A DNA stretch of 21,676 nucleotides from Candidatus Margulisiibacteriota bacterium. Lineage in GTDB: Bacteria > Margulisbacteria > WOR-1 > O2-12-FULL-45-9. The notes beneath the pieces were generated by a model that made no database searches, was not told the origin of the DNA, and was given only the letters and a program-made list of their open reading frames with translations. Numbering within the stretch: the first letter of the stretch is position 1; every line of letters begins with the position of its first letter. Below are positions 1-9,630 of the stretch, in pieces. The stretch lies in contig JAYEOW010000005.1 in NCBI GenBank assembly GCA_034723395.1, forward strand, positions 1-21,676, given 5' to 3'. The position numbers were made by a program, and so were the translations under genes.

Positions 1-60
1 TACCAAACTTATCAGTCAAAACGTAGAAGCGGTACCCGAAGATCAAAAACCAAGGAGGTG

Positions 61-108
61 ATTTCGGTTAGGTCTTAGTTGATTTAACGATAACCATTTC
101 GGTTAGGT
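61..108. repeat. 13-bp direct repeat ATTTCGGTTAGGT (61-73 and 96-108)
   Basis: Two exact copies read directly, 35 nt apart, in intergenic DNA. Confidence 0.85.
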
Positions 109-150
109 TTTTATATGATTTGACACGTATTGGTCAATCCTAAAAAAAGT

Positions 151-177
151 GAAATTTTCCCTAAAAAGTGCCGATAT
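151..177 (+). promoter_or_regulatory. Putative sigma28 (FliA/WhiG)-type promoter
   Basis: GAAA(151-154)-N15-GCCGATAT(170-177), close to the TAAA-N15-GCCGATAA consensus; 20 nt upstream of the ATG at 198, with a GAGAGGG RBS-like run between. Confidence 0.55.
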
Positions 178-197
178 ATATATGAGAGGGAAAAGCA

Positions 198-383
198 ATG
201 AATAACGGTAAAAACACTTACGATGTAGCCTCCATTTCCCAGCCAGGGAAAGATAAACGGGCCAATCATGTTCGAAACGCACTTCGATACGATCATATTA
301 AAGTCAACCGACCAGGCCAATTCGTAAAAGTCTTTGCCGATATGTTCCTTAGAAAAGAGTCCGGCAGCAAAGCTATTATTTAA
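198..383 (+). CDS. Hypothetical protein (61 aa)
   Basis: ATG start, purine-rich RBS and promoter-like motif upstream; no recognisable domain. Confidence 0.45.
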   Translation: MNNGKNTYDVASISQPGKDKRANHVRNALRYDHIKVNRPGQFVKVFADMFLRKESGSKAII

Positions 384-397
384 AGGGGTGAGGCGCC

Positions 398-616
398 ATG
401 AATACAATGGATAGTGCCAAAGCAATTAAAGCGATGGAAAAGTGCGCCTTACAGAAATACCTCAAAAAATTATCTACGGCCGAGATGCGAAAGATCACCC
501 TTTTTACCAAACTCCCCTATACGGGGGCTGCGAATATTTCTAATCCGGTCTATTTTGTAATACTGGATGATCTATCCAAATTCCAATCTTTAAATAGCGG
601 GAAAGTTTTCAACTAA
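398..616 (+). CDS. Hypothetical protein (72 aa)
   Basis: GGGGTGAGG RBS-like sequence before the ATG; stop overlaps the nadK stop convergently; no recognisable domain. Confidence 0.45.
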   Translation: MNTMDSAKAIKAMEKCALQKYLKKLSTAEMRKITLFTKLPYTGAANISNPVYFVILDDLSKFQSLNSGKVFN

Positions 617-1374
617 ACCTGCGGGCCAAACCCGAAAGTATCTTTTATCCTCGCAAAGAAATCGTACTTTTTTAAGCGGATAAACCGCGTTTTTAACGCG
701 GATCTCTGGACCCTTATTTTATAACCGACATTTATCGGGATCATCTCCTGCCCATCCGCAGTTAAGATTACTTTTGATCCGCGGTTCAATATCGCGGTAA
801 CCGGTTTTTCAACTACGATTGGCCGGGTACTAATATGATGCGGACAGATCGCAGAGATAATACTGCTCTTCGAATCAGGGGCTAAGATCGGCCCGCCGGC
901 CGACAAGTTATAAGCGGTTGATCCGGTCGGGGTTGAAAAAATCAATCCATCTGCAGTAAATTCGGCAATTCCTTCGAGCTCCACTTTAATTACACGGGCG
1001 ATCCCGCTTTTACTTATTACGATATCGTTTAATGCGGTAAGTTTTTTAGCGCCGACTACTGCCTCGATCATCACTCTTTCATCGATCTGATATTTACCCT
1101 TTTTTATCCGGTCCAACGCATCATTTATCTCTCTTAGTTCAATTTCGGTCAAGAAACCGACCCCTCCCATATGGAGCCCCAAGATCGGTATCCCCTTTTT
1201 GGCAAGGATCCTGGCTGCACGGAGAATCGTCCCGTCCCCTCCCAGGGTAATGACAAATTTTGGCCTGTTTAAGCTAACCTTATATTTTTTCTTTTTAAGA
1301 TCTTTAATTAACTGCTCACCGGTCCCCGCAATTAACTTATCCTCTTTCTTGTAGATTACCCCAACGGTTGTCAT
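613..1374 (-). CDS. nadK: NAD(+)/NADH kinase
   Basis: LGGDGT signature, GxxGFL, ALND, ADGLIFSTPTGSTAYNLSAGGP motifs; near tlyA as in the common tlyA-nadK arrangement. Confidence 0.96.
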   Translation of the reverse strand: MTTVGVIYKKEDKLIAGTGEQLIKDLKKKKYKVSLNRPKFVITLGGDGTILRAARILAKKGIPILGLHMGGVGFLTEIELREINDALDRIKKGKYQIDERVMIEAVVGAKKLTALNDIVISKSGIARVIKVELEGIAEFTADGLIFSTPTGSTAYNLSAGGPILAPDSKSSIISAICPHHISTRPIVVEKPVTAILNRGSKVILTADGQEMIPINVGYKIRVQRSALKTRFIRLKKYDFFARIKDTFGFGPQV

Positions 1375-1383
1375 GTTGCCCTC

Positions 1384-1908
1384 CTAAATTAATTTTATGC
1401 TCGCCAGCATCCAAATTATACCAATTACACCTAAGATTGCCAGCAAGACAGTAAATATCTTAAAAAATTTATCCAGCCATCCATCTTTGGGGAAACGAAA
1501 AGTTACACGATTGATCTCTCCACGGGAAAGATCTAAAATCAAAAGCCCATCCAGCGCTAAAATGTGCTCGTATTCAATCAACCTTCTCCTTAGGACCGGC
1601 TCATTCGCGTCTGCCGTCCCCTCCCCCGCCTTGACCGCCACCGCATACTTTTTCTTCTTTTTTCGAACAATATAATCGACCTCAACAAAGCCGAAATGGT
1701 CCTTCCCGTTTACGTTCGTAATAATATTCGCTTTTTTGCGCCGGGAAAGGATATCAAATCCCGACCGGCGAAGGATTTCCTCCGCATCTTTTTCGAAGCA
1801 ATCCAGCGGTTCGTAATGAGTCGGGCATTCTCTGCGCATCGACAAATAAAATACTCCTGAACTCAGGATTACCCCGACAGCAATTGAAGCAACAATTAGT
1901 CCCATCAT
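1384..1908 (-). CDS. Membrane-anchored protein with a degenerate PD-(D/E)xK (YraN/Mrr-like) fold
   Basis: Hydrophobic helices at both termini; central FEKDAEEILRRSGFDI...EVDYIV...YAVAVK pattern; tightly packed between tlyA and nadK. The CDS is well supported; the fold is inferred. Confidence 0.6.
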   Translation of the reverse strand: MMGLIVASIAVGVILSSGVFYLSMRRECPTHYEPLDCFEKDAEEILRRSGFDILSRRKKANIITNVNGKDHFGFVEVDYIVRKKKKKYAVAVKAGEGTADANEPVLRRRLIEYEHILALDGLLILDLSRGEINRVTFRFPKDGWLDKFFKIFTVLLAILGVIGIIWMLASIKLI

Positions 1909-1911
1909 CTC

Positions 1912-2655
1912 TTACTTCTCCTTTTTAAGATAAATAAAATACTCAACATTACCATCGGTCCCAGTTATCGGCGATTGAATAATCCCTTTAGCCTCAAAGC
2001 CTTGTGCCTCGGCCTCCTGCCTGGTTTTTTCAACTACTTCCCGCCTTACCTTTTCATCCCTAACAATCCCACCCTTCCCCACTTGCTCGCGCTTCGCCTC
2101 AAATTGAGGTTTTATCAGTGCAACTACTATAGCCTCATCGGTTAATAAATTATAGACCGCCGGCAATATTTTTAAAAGCGAGATAAAAGAGACATCTATC
2201 ACCGCCAATGAAATATCAGATTTTTCCAGACCTAGATTTTTTAATGCCAAACTTCTTGCATTTAACCTCTCAAAAACTTTAACTCTTGGATCATTCCGGA
2301 GCTTCCAATCAAGCTGGCCGTGGCCTACGTCAACCGCGTAAACTTTTTCCACCCCATTCTGCAAAAGACAATCGGTAAAGCCCCCTGTAGAGGCTCCCAC
2401 ATCGAGGGAGATCTTCCCCTTCACATCAATCTTAAATTCCTTTAATGCCCCCTCCAGCTTAACCCCACCTCTGCCAACATAAGGATGGGGCTTGCCTTTT
2501 ATTTCAATTTCCGAAGCCTGTCCAATTTGCGTTCCCGCCTTATCGATCCTTTGATTTTCGACAAAAACCAACCCCGCCATGATCGCCGCTTGGGCGCGAG
2601 TTCTGGTCGGGAATAATCCTTTATCAACTAAAAGTTGGTCCAATCGTTTTTTCAT
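1912..2655 (-). CDS. tlyA: TlyA-family rRNA 2'-O-methyltransferase (S4 + FtsJ-like domains)
   Basis: KRLDQLLV S4 start, YVGRGGVKL, LDVGASTGGFTDCLLQ, DVSFISL, LIKPQFEA, SPITGxDGNVE. Confidence 0.96.
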   Translation of the reverse strand: MKKRLDQLLVDKGLFPTRTRAQAAIMAGLVFVENQRIDKAGTQIGQASEIEIKGKPHPYVGRGGVKLEGALKEFKIDVKGKISLDVGASTGGFTDCLLQNGVEKVYAVDVGHGQLDWKLRNDPRVKVFERLNARSLALKNLGLEKSDISLAVIDVSFISLLKILPAVYNLLTDEAIVVALIKPQFEAKREQVGKGGIVRDEKVRREVVEKTRQEAEAQGFEAKGIIQSPITGTDGNVEYFIYLKKEK

Positions 2656-2662
2656 ACGCTAA

Positions 2663-2692
2663 ATTGTATTGTAGCATGGGCTATGTTATAAT
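2663..2692. promoter_or_regulatory. Overlapping divergent sigma70-type promoters for tlyA and slt
   Basis: Plus strand TTGTAT(2664-2669)-N17-TATAAT(2687-2692) with an extended TG; minus strand TGnTACAAT (2676-2668) and a second TACAAT (2668-2663). Confidence 0.6.
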
Positions 2693-2706
2693 CAAAACAC
2701 GCTCCA

Positions 2707-4755
2707 ATGCGATTAAAAATCACCTTAACGATCCTCGTAATAGCCCTGTTTTGCACCGCTTCTATCGCTCAAACCTTGGAAGCCCGGGACGCCTTTAAAA
2801 AGGGGTGCGGACTCCTCCAGGATGGGAAGAATTTTTCGGCAATCAACCAGTTTAAATATGTAGTTAAGGATTATTACTACCCGCTTAATGATTACGCCTA
2901 TTTCTATATTGGGGAAGCATATAAAAACGCTAAATACCCGAAATATGCTATTCAGGTTTACCGGATATTATCAAAACATTATAAGAACAGCATCTTGCTT
3001 CCAAAAGCCCTCTTTGCAATTGCAGAATGTCAGTCCGGACAAAAAGATCATGCCAATGCAATTTCTACATTAAGAGAGCTGATCGCCCGCTACCCGAAAG
3101 ACCGGGCTATTCCGCACGCCCGCTATCTGCTTGGTGAAAACCTGGAAAAGACAGATAAACATATCGCTGCCGCAAGGGTATATAGAAATCTTGATCTTTT
3201 TCACCCTAAAAGCGAGTATTCGGAAAAAGCGCTCGAACAGCTGGATAAGCTTGCCAAAAAAAGCTCCCTGGCCGGTTATGAGGCCCCAGCCGCCACAATT
3301 TATAACCTGGGAACAAAATATTTTAACCGGAGAAATTATACCCGGGCCAAAGAATATTTCAGCCGGATAACAAAATATTACAAAAAAAGCTCCTTTTATG
3401 ACGAAGCAAACATAATGCTAGGCCGGACCTGGCTCCGCAAAGGGAAACTCAAGCGCGCTTCCAGATATTTTATGAAAGCGATCAATCTAAACAAAGATTC
3501 AAAACCGGAAGCGATGTATTACCTGGCCCGGACCTACGCTTATATGGAAAAATTTAAAGCGTCTATTGTTACGCTTGAAAAAATTGTCGATAAATACCCA
3601 AACAGCCACACGGCAGACAATGCTCTTTTCTATATCGGCCGTTACCAGCTATATGCGGACGCGACCAAAGAAGCTCTGGCTGCTTACGAAAAATTAGTAG
3701 CCAAATACCCCCACTCCCCTCTCTTTCCCGATGTCCTTTTTAAAGTCGGTAACAACTATTATAAAAAAAAGGATTATAAAAAGGCATATCAACATTTTAG
3801 TAGGGCATTAGATCTACCCCAGGACAAAGTTACCGATCGCCTGCTTTTTTGGGTTGGTAAAAGTGCTGAAAAAATGGGAAACAGAGACAAGGCACTCGCT
3901 GCTTATAGGCAAACCATTGCCCAATTCGATCATTCATACTATGCCTACCGGGCAAGAGAGATATTAAAAACAAAACCGAGCCTTGTCCCAGAGGTTTTAG
4001 GAACAGTTGGCACAATAGACGGCGAAAGCGAGGAGACCTCTTATCATGAAAAGAAATATCGGGAGCTTTTAGCCCTGGGCATGGGAGACGAAGCGGCCGA
4101 AGAAGCGGAATTTCTGATTGAAAAAGTACCCCTGACTAAAAAAGACAAAGCACAAATCGCGAAATACCACGCCTACATAATGAAAGGGAAATTCGGAAAG
4201 CCGATCTGGTTTGCCGATAAAAAAATCAATCAGGCCATGCTTTCAGGGTCCCTCTCTGAGCTCGAGCCGCGCCTTTGGCGATTTTCCCATCCGCGCGGTT
4301 TTTTTAAATACGTCGAAAAATATTCAAAAGAGAATGGCCTCGATCCATATCTAACTTACGCTATTATCCGCGAAGAGAGCCGTTTTAAATCACGCGCTTT
4401 ATCCCGTTCCTGGGCACACGGATTGATGCAGATCATCCCCTCAACCGGGAGAAGGATCTGCCGCGCACTCGGGATCCGCTACTCCCGCTGGAAAATGTAC
4501 GATCCCCGTGTTAATATCCGCATGGGAACCTATTATCTGGCGCAGTTGATCAAGCGTTTTGACGGCAATGTCTCCTATGCCGTGGCTGGTTATAACGGCG
4601 GGCCGGTAAGAGTGCAGCGCTGGATTAAAAAGTACGGCAAAAATGTTGATATTGATGAGTTCGTGGAGGACATTCCTTTTAAAGAGACCAGGAATTACGT
4701 AAAAAAGGTCATGAAAAGCTATTACGGTTATAAGAGGACATATTCTGGTGGCTGA
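2707..4755 (+). CDS. slt: Exported TPR-repeat soluble lytic transglycosylase (Slt/GH23)
   Basis: Signal peptide; many BamD/YfiO-like TPR repeats; C-terminal IIREESRF (catalytic Glu), [20 protein letters not shown]. Confidence 0.92.
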   Translation: MRLKITLTILVIALFCTASIAQTLEARDAFKKGCGLLQDGKNFSAINQFKYVVKDYYYPLNDYAYFYIGEAYKNAKYPKYAIQVYRILSKHYKNSILLPKALFAIAECQSGQKDHANAISTLRELIARYPKDRAIPHARYLLGENLEKTDKHIAAARVYRNLDLFHPKSEYSEKALEQLDKLAKKSSLAGYEAPAATIYNLGTKYFNRRNYTRAKEYFSRITKYYKKSSFYDEANIMLGRTWLRKGKLKRASRYFMKAINLNKDSKPEAMYYLARTYAYMEKFKASIVTLEKIVDKYPNSHTADNALFYIGRYQLYADATKEALAAYEKLVAKYPHSPLFPDVLFKVGNNYYKKKDYKKAYQHFSRALDLPQDKVTDRLLFWVGKSAEKMGNRDKALAAYRQTIAQFDHSYYAYRAREILKTKPSLVPEVLGTVGTIDGESEETSYHEKKYRELLALGMGDEAAEEAEFLIEKVPLTKKDKAQIAKYHAYIMKGKFGKPIWFADKKINQAMLSGSLSELEPRLWRFSHPRGFFKYVEKYSKENGLDPYLTYAIIREESRFKSRALSRSWAHGLMQIIPSTGRRICRALGIRYSRWKMYDPRVNIRMGTYYLAQLIKRFDGNVSYAVAGYNGGPVRVQRWIKKYGKNVDIDEFVEDIPFKETRNYVKKVMKSYYGYKRTYSGG

Positions 4756-5785
4756 AGAGAGATTAATTACGTTCGACAAGAAAGATGAGGATAAGGCCTT
4801 TGAAGGGCTTCGCCCGAAAACCTTTAAGAACTTTATCGGCCAAAAAAAGATCCTGGAAAACCTGGACATCCACATCCAGGCTGCCCAAGGCCGCGAGGAA
4901 CCGCTTGAGCACTTGATCTTTTACGGCCCTCCTGGACTAGGTAAAACCACTCTGGCCAATATTATCGCTAATGAAATGGGAGTTAATCTAAGAATAACCT
5001 CGGGGCCGGCGATCGAACGTCCCGGCGACCTTGCGGCAATTTTAACTAATCTCAAGAAGAACGACATTCTGTTCATCGATGAGATCCACCGCCTAAACCG
5101 GGTTGTCGAAGAGGTTCTTTACCCGGCAATGGAAGATTTCGGTTTAGATATCGTGATCGGAAAAGGGCCGAGCGCACGATCGATCCGCCTCGACCTCCCT
5201 AAATTCACATTGATTGGAGCGACTACTCGGATTGGCCAGATCTCTTCACCACTCAGGGACCGTTTCGGCATGCTAAGCCGTCTTGAATTCTATTCGCCGA
5301 AAGAGATAAAGATAATTGTCCAGCATGCGGCAAATATCCTGGATATAAAAATCGATGATGCTGGGGCGGAAGAAATTGGAAAACGCTCCAGAGGGACTCC
5401 CAGAATTGCCAATCGGTTATTACGCCGCGTCCGTGATTTCGCCCAGGTTAAAGGGGATGGAATAATTATCGAAGATATCGCTAAAAAAGCCTTAACCGGA
5501 TTAGATATCGATGATCTCGGACTTGATAAGATCGACCGCAGGATACTCGAAACGATTATCAAGAGTTTTTCCGGGGGACCGGTCGGAGTCGACACCCTTG
5601 CCGCCTCGATCCATGAAGAACCGGTTACAATTGAAGATGTTTATGAACCGTACCTTTTGCAGATCGGATTTATCGAAAGAACTCCGCGCGGCAGGGTTGC
5701 TACTCCAGCCGCTTATCGACATTTGGGATTTCCGGTTAAAAAGAGCGGTAAAGAAAAGACCGCTACACTATTTAAGGGGGATTAA
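4748..5785 (+). CDS. ruvB: Holliday junction branch migration helicase RuvB
   Basis: LRP...FIGQ, Walker [60 protein letters not shown] start overlapping the slt end. Confidence 0.98.
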   Translation: MAEERLITFDKKDEDKAFEGLRPKTFKNFIGQKKILENLDIHIQAAQGREEPLEHLIFYGPPGLGKTTLANIIANEMGVNLRITSGPAIERPGDLAAILTNLKKNDILFIDEIHRLNRVVEEVLYPAMEDFGLDIVIGKGPSARSIRLDLPKFTLIGATTRIGQISSPLRDRFGMLSRLEFYSPKEIKIIVQHAANILDIKIDDAGAEEIGKRSRGTPRIANRLLRRVRDFAQVKGDGIIIEDIAKKALTGLDIDDLGLDKIDRRILETIIKSFSGGPVGVDTLAASIHEEPVTIEDVYEPYLLQIGFIERTPRGRVATPAAYRHLGFPVKKSGKEKTATLFKGD

Positions 5786-5788
5786 ATT

Positions 5789-6124
5789 ATGTGGGGACTC
5801 ATATTAGGATTGTTGATCGCGATCATTATTGCCGGTTTTGCATCATTGAACAGCGCTCCCGTTTCGGTTAATTTTCTGCTTTGGCAGGCGCCGGGCGTTC
5901 CACTAGCCCTGGTTGCCCTTCTATCTGTTTTACTCGGGGTCTTAATGGCAGCATTATTTGGCACCCCTCAATACATTAAAATGGTCAGAGAAAGAAGAGG
6001 ATTAGAAAAAAAGATCAAAGATCTGGAAACGAAAATCTCTGCCCTCGGAACAATTTCTACAATCAGGCAGGTTGGTGAAACAAAAAATGAAGAAGCGAAA
6101 AGCGAAGATACTCCGCAAAACTAA
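5789..6124 (+). CDS. LapA/DUF1049-family membrane protein
   Basis: TM helix, FAxxNxxPVxVNFL, PLALV second TM helix, then a coiled coil. Confidence 0.8.
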   Translation: MWGLILGLLIAIIIAGFASLNSAPVSVNFLLWQAPGVPLALVALLSVLLGVLMAALFGTPQYIKMVRERRGLEKKIKDLETKISALGTISTIRQVGETKNEEAKSEDTPQN

Positions 6125-6713
6125 AGAGACCAATATAAAAATAGAACTGGATGTCGACGGGACAGGGAAGAGCAAGATCGGTTATCCTATCCCCTTCCTG
6201 GGCCATATGTTTACCCTCTTTTCCAAACACGGGCTTTTTGACTTAAAGCTTGCTGCCAAAGGTGATATCGAAGTCGACCTTCATCATTTAGTCGAAGATA
6301 CTGGACTTACTCTTGGAGGGGCTTTTAAGAAGGCGCTCGCTTCTAAAAAGAAGATCGAGCGCTACGGTCACGCGATCATCCCGATGGACGAATCGCTCGC
6401 AGAAGTAAAAGCCGCAGTTGATATCAGCGGCCGCCCGCATTTCACCTTTAAGGCTAAGTTTCCAAAAGAGCTACTATATGCTCAGCTCGGGAAAGAACGG
6501 ATAAAATTATATCTTGACGCAGAAATGCTGCGAGAATTTTTTGAAGCCTTCGTTTACAAAGCAGGAGTTTCCCTACATATCGATCTTATTCGCGGCAAAA
6601 ACACCCATCACAAGATCGAAGCGATCTTTAAAGCCTTTGGCGTTGCCCTCTCCCGGGCCTGCCAAATCAATCCGAGGAAAAAGGGAGTTCCTTCAACTAA
6701 GGGAATTCTCTAA
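6087..6713 (+). CDS. hisB: Imidazoleglycerol-phosphate dehydratase
   Basis: RKTKETxI, FLxHM, GDxxVDxHHxVED, PMDE, DISGRP, NxHHxxEAxFKA, PSTKG. Start placed at ATG 6087 (GGTGA RBS at 6074-6078) rather than TTG 6072. Confidence 0.96.
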   Translation: MKKRKAKILRKTKETNIKIELDVDGTGKSKIGYPIPFLGHMFTLFSKHGLFDLKLAAKGDIEVDLHHLVEDTGLTLGGAFKKALASKKKIERYGHAIIPMDESLAEVKAAVDISGRPHFTFKAKFPKELLYAQLGKERIKLYLDAEMLREFFEAFVYKAGVSLHIDLIRGKNTHHKIEAIFKAFGVALSRACQINPRKKGVPSTKGIL

Positions 6714-7442
6714 TTATCGGCCGAATTTAAGCCTATCAATCAAATTCTCCGGCAATTTTGCCGCTCTCATCTTCTCTTGGACTGCTTCAACATCATATTC
6801 AACACGGTGTAGAGTAAATATTCTAGTTTTCGAATTATAAGTACCGTAACAAGCCCGCGGATCCCCATCCCTCGGCTGCCCCACCCCACCAACATTAATA
6901 ATTATTTTATCAAAATCGTCTACGACTACCTCCTCCCCCTCTTTAAGCGAATGGCCGGCATAATTCCCATTCTTTAACCGGGCAATATAAAGCGGACGGT
7001 GAGAGTGGCCGACAAAACAGAGGTTTCTGGTCATCTTTTCAAAGGTCGGCATGGCATCTGCAATACCGGTTATATATTCTTCTAAGGGGGATCTTAAACT
7101 CCCGTGAACAGCTTGAAACTCATCCCCCCCTATAACTAATGGGAGTTTTTTTAGGCATTCAAGATTCTCCTGAAAGATCACCCGCTGCGTCCATTGGACC
7201 GCCTCTTTCGCACTCTTATTGAACCAGGAGGCATCAAGCTCGGTAGTTACCGCTTTATCGTGATTCCCTGCAACTGTGGGCAGATTTAGCTTTCTTACTT
7301 CCTCAACGCATTCATTTGGATTAGGCCCGTATCCAACAACGTCTCCCAGATTAACAACCTGGTCTACATTTTTTAGCTTATCAAGGACAGCGTTCAGCGC
7401 CTCCAAATTACTATGAATATCTGATATAATTCCGTATAACAT
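6714..7442 (-). CDS. Calcineurin-like metallophosphoesterase
   Basis: SDIHSN, LGDVVGYGP, GNHD, VHGS, GHSH, NxGxVGQPRDGDPRA motifs. Confidence 0.92.
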   Translation of the reverse strand: MLYGIISDIHSNLEALNAVLDKLKNVDQVVNLGDVVGYGPNPNECVEEVRKLNLPTVAGNHDKAVTTELDASWFNKSAKEAVQWTQRVIFQENLECLKKLPLVIGGDEFQAVHGSLRSPLEEYITGIADAMPTFEKMTRNLCFVGHSHRPLYIARLKNGNYAGHSLKEGEEVVVDDFDKIIINVGGVGQPRDGDPRACYGTYNSKTRIFTLHRVEYDVEAVQEKMRAAKLPENLIDRLKFGR

Positions 7443-7451
7443 ACGGAGACA

Positions 7452-7460
7452 ATTATAGCA
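7452..7460 (-). promoter_or_regulatory. Extended -10 element (TGnTATAAT) for the metallophosphoesterase
   Basis: Minus strand TGCTATAAT ends 9 nt before the ATG at 7442. Confidence 0.55.
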
Positions 7461-8164
7461 TGGTCTATCAGGAGAGAACTTACAAAAATTATATAAAAGC
7501 CAGCGATCTAATCAGGTTCGAGGTTATCGAAAAAGAGACCGACTTGCTGGTCCTCGCCGAAAAAAACCTCTACGACAAAGCCCTGGGATTGGTCCTAAAA
7601 TATCGCGGAGAAATCGAAAAATATACTAAAGAAAATCCCCGCTTTTCTAAAAGCTATTCCCCTCTCTGGTCACGCTTTAACGCCCCTCCAATCATTAAAG
7701 AAATGATCCGGGGATCAAGAAAAGCCCGGGTTGGGCCAATGGCATCGGTAGCCGGGACGATTGCTGAATTTGTGGGACGCGAACTATTGGATTTCAGCGA
7801 AGAGATAATTATTGAGAATGGCGGGGACCTGTTTTTAAATATCAAACAGACGCGTAAGTTCGAAGTCAATGCCCAGCTCGCACTTGAGGTCGAACCGCGA
7901 GACAAACCGTTCTCCATCTGCACGGCTTCGGGAACTACAGGAAAATGCTTTAGTTTCGGTCAAGCTGATGCAGTAGTAGTAATTTCTCAAAGGGCTGCGC
8001 TGGCCGATGCGGCCGCTACAGCTATCGGAAACATTGTAAAAGAAGTTACCGATATCGATCATGCCCTGAAAAAAGCCAGAAAAATAAGAGGGCTAGATGG
8101 GGTTTTAATAATAAAAGATGACCAAGTTGGGGTATTGGGAAGAGTTAAACTTGTCCCGCTTTAA
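7460..8164 (+). CDS. UPF0280 family (ApbE-like) protein
   Basis: YQERTY, ETDL, VGPMASVAG, IIENGGD, ICTASGT, SFGxAD, ADAAATAIGN motifs. Confidence 0.9.
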   Translation: MVYQERTYKNYIKASDLIRFEVIEKETDLLVLAEKNLYDKALGLVLKYRGEIEKYTKENPRFSKSYSPLWSRFNAPPIIKEMIRGSRKARVGPMASVAGTIAEFVGRELLDFSEEIIIENGGDLFLNIKQTRKFEVNAQLALEVEPRDKPFSICTASGTTGKCFSFGQADAVVVISQRAALADAAATAIGNIVKEVTDIDHALKKARKIRGLDGVLIIKDDQVGVLGRVKLVPL

Positions 8165-8280
8165 TGCCGCTGAGATCTTTTGTGTCGCATTATGTCCCTA
8201 ACCGCCCAGATGATTACAGCCAATCCCAAAATCATAAAAATAATAAAAGGTGAAAAAAATATTAAATCTCTGACCGTCAC
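8161..8280 (-). CDS. 39-aa single-TM microprotein (not in ORF track): MTVRDLIFFSPFIIFMILGLAVIIWAVRDIMRHKRSQRH
   Basis: GTG start overlaps the upstream TGA (GTGA) with a GGAGG RBS just upstream; one TM helix plus a basic tail; stop overlaps the UPF0280 stop (TTAA). Confidence 0.7.
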   Translation of the reverse strand: MTVRDLIFFSPFIIFMILGLAVIIWAVRDIMRHKRSQRH

Positions 8281-8480
8281 TTTCTATCGCCTCCCCTTAT
8301 AGTGGAATCATAATATGTAAATATACCCCCTGTCAATGCAATCAAACTCAAAGCTATTCCGACCAAAAAAACTGACAAATTAAAAGTGTCCCTTAAAACC
8401 ACCCCTACCACCAACATTGCAAAAAGTATCTGAAATATTTTTATGCATATATCTGCCATAAACATCTTAAACTTATTCAT
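8277..8480 (-). CDS. Small two-TM membrane protein (67 aa)
   Basis: GGAGG RBS overlapping the secretin stop; two hydrophobic helices; AT-rich. Confidence 0.75.
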   Translation of the reverse strand: MNKFKMFMADICIKIFQILFAMLVVGVVLRDTFNLSVFLVGIALSLIALTGGIFTYYDSTIRGGDRK

Positions 8481-8490
8481 AATCTACCTC

Positions 8491-9630
8491 CTAAATAATA
8501 TGTGGGGTAATTAAAAAAACAATCTCTGTCTTTGCTTTCTCAAACGTCTTATTCTGAAACAACATTCCCACAAGTGGGATATAACCTAAGATTGGAACTC
8601 TGGTTAGATTTTCCCGCTTACTTTCAGACATTAGTCCGCCAACCACAATCGTCTCACCGTCTTTTACTCTTAAAGTTGCCTGCGCATTTCGAGTAGTAAT
8701 TACCGGGAACTCTCCAGCCGCGGTTGTCCTCCATTCAGATATCGACGAAACTTCCGGCTTGATTAAAGTTGTAATGTATCCGTCTTCTCCTAACTGGGGG
8801 GTTATTTTAAGGCGCACTCCTGCATCAATATATTCAACCGTCCACTGCGTAGTATTCGATCCACTACTTACCGGAACTGCGTAAGGAATTCGGCTGCCGA
8901 TATTAATGACCGCTTCATGGTCGTCCAAAGTGGCGATCCTTGGGCTGGCAACTACATTTGCCTTCCCATCCGTAATTAGTCCGTTAATTGTTATCTGTAA
9001 ATCGCTGGCCGGACTAATTTTCTTGGTAGACTTCGAAGCGATAAACTTATAATTCCCTGGTTCCTGCCCGTATAGTGCCCCCAAGCGCATCGAATCGGAC
9101 TCGGACAATTCAACCACTTTACTTTCGATCAATATTTGAGGGAGTGGTTTGTCGATCGAATCGATAATTTTTTCGGCCTCGTTTATCAATTTTCGTTTAC
9201 CTTGGATAACCAACGAAGAAGCGCTTCCGCCTGGAGAAGCTTTTAATTCAGGTATAATCTTATTTAGCAGCAAAGTGACTTTTTTAGCCGTCAAATATCT
9301 TAACTTCAATGTCTCTACCTCTCCTTTATAAGATTGCTCTTGCGGGGAAACTTTGACAAGAATAATTCCCTCTTTTTTCTCGTAAGACAATCCATTGGTC
9401 TTTAAGATATGGTCAATTGCTTTTTCAGCAGAAACGTTCTTCAGATGCACCGAAGTTCGCTTATTTTGGATCAACGCATTGTTTCCGCTTACAACCAGAT
9501 CGAGTCCGGCTTGGCTTGCTAACGTCTCTATAACATCGAGGACCGCTGCGTCTACGAAATCTATCCTTTCGATTGCCAATGCTCCCGTTATTAAAAGAAG
9601 AATAATGTTTACTGCAATAATACATTTCAT
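8491..9630 (-). CDS. Short secretin (PilQ/HofQ/GspD superfamily)
   Basis: Signal peptide, N-domains, QILIESKVVE, SPRIATLD, YIDAGVRLKITPQ, VKDGETIVVGGL, VPILGYIPLVGMLF, EIVFLITPHII. Confidence 0.93.
   Translation of the reverse strand: MKCIIAVNIILLLITGALAIERIDFVDAAVLDVIETLASQAGLDLVVSGNNALIQNKRTSVHLKNVSAEKAIDHILKTNGLSYEKKEGIILVKVSPQEQSYKGEVETLKLRYLTAKKVTLLLNKIIPELKASPGGSASSLVIQGKRKLINEAEKIIDSIDKPLPQILIESKVVELSESDSMRLGALYGQEPGNYKFIASKSTKKISPASDLQITINGLITDGKANVVASPRIATLDDHEAVINIGSRIPYAVPVSSGSNTTQWTVEYIDAGVRLKITPQLGEDGYITTLIKPEVSSISEWRTTAAGEFPVITTRNAQATLRVKDGETIVVGGLMSESKRENLTRVPILGYIPLVGMLFQNKTFEKAKTEIVFLITPHII

Noticed and set aside
52..62. AAGGAGGTGAT, complementary to the 16S rRNA 3' end
   Set aside because: Flanks show no rRNA sequence, and no suitable start codon follows.
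1..78. 3' end of an upstream gene
   Set aside because: Two plus frames are open (stops ending at 61 and 78); too short to choose between them or assign a product.
111..425. 104-aa minus-strand ORF
   Set aside because: Antisense to ORFs that have RBS/promoter support; no domain features.
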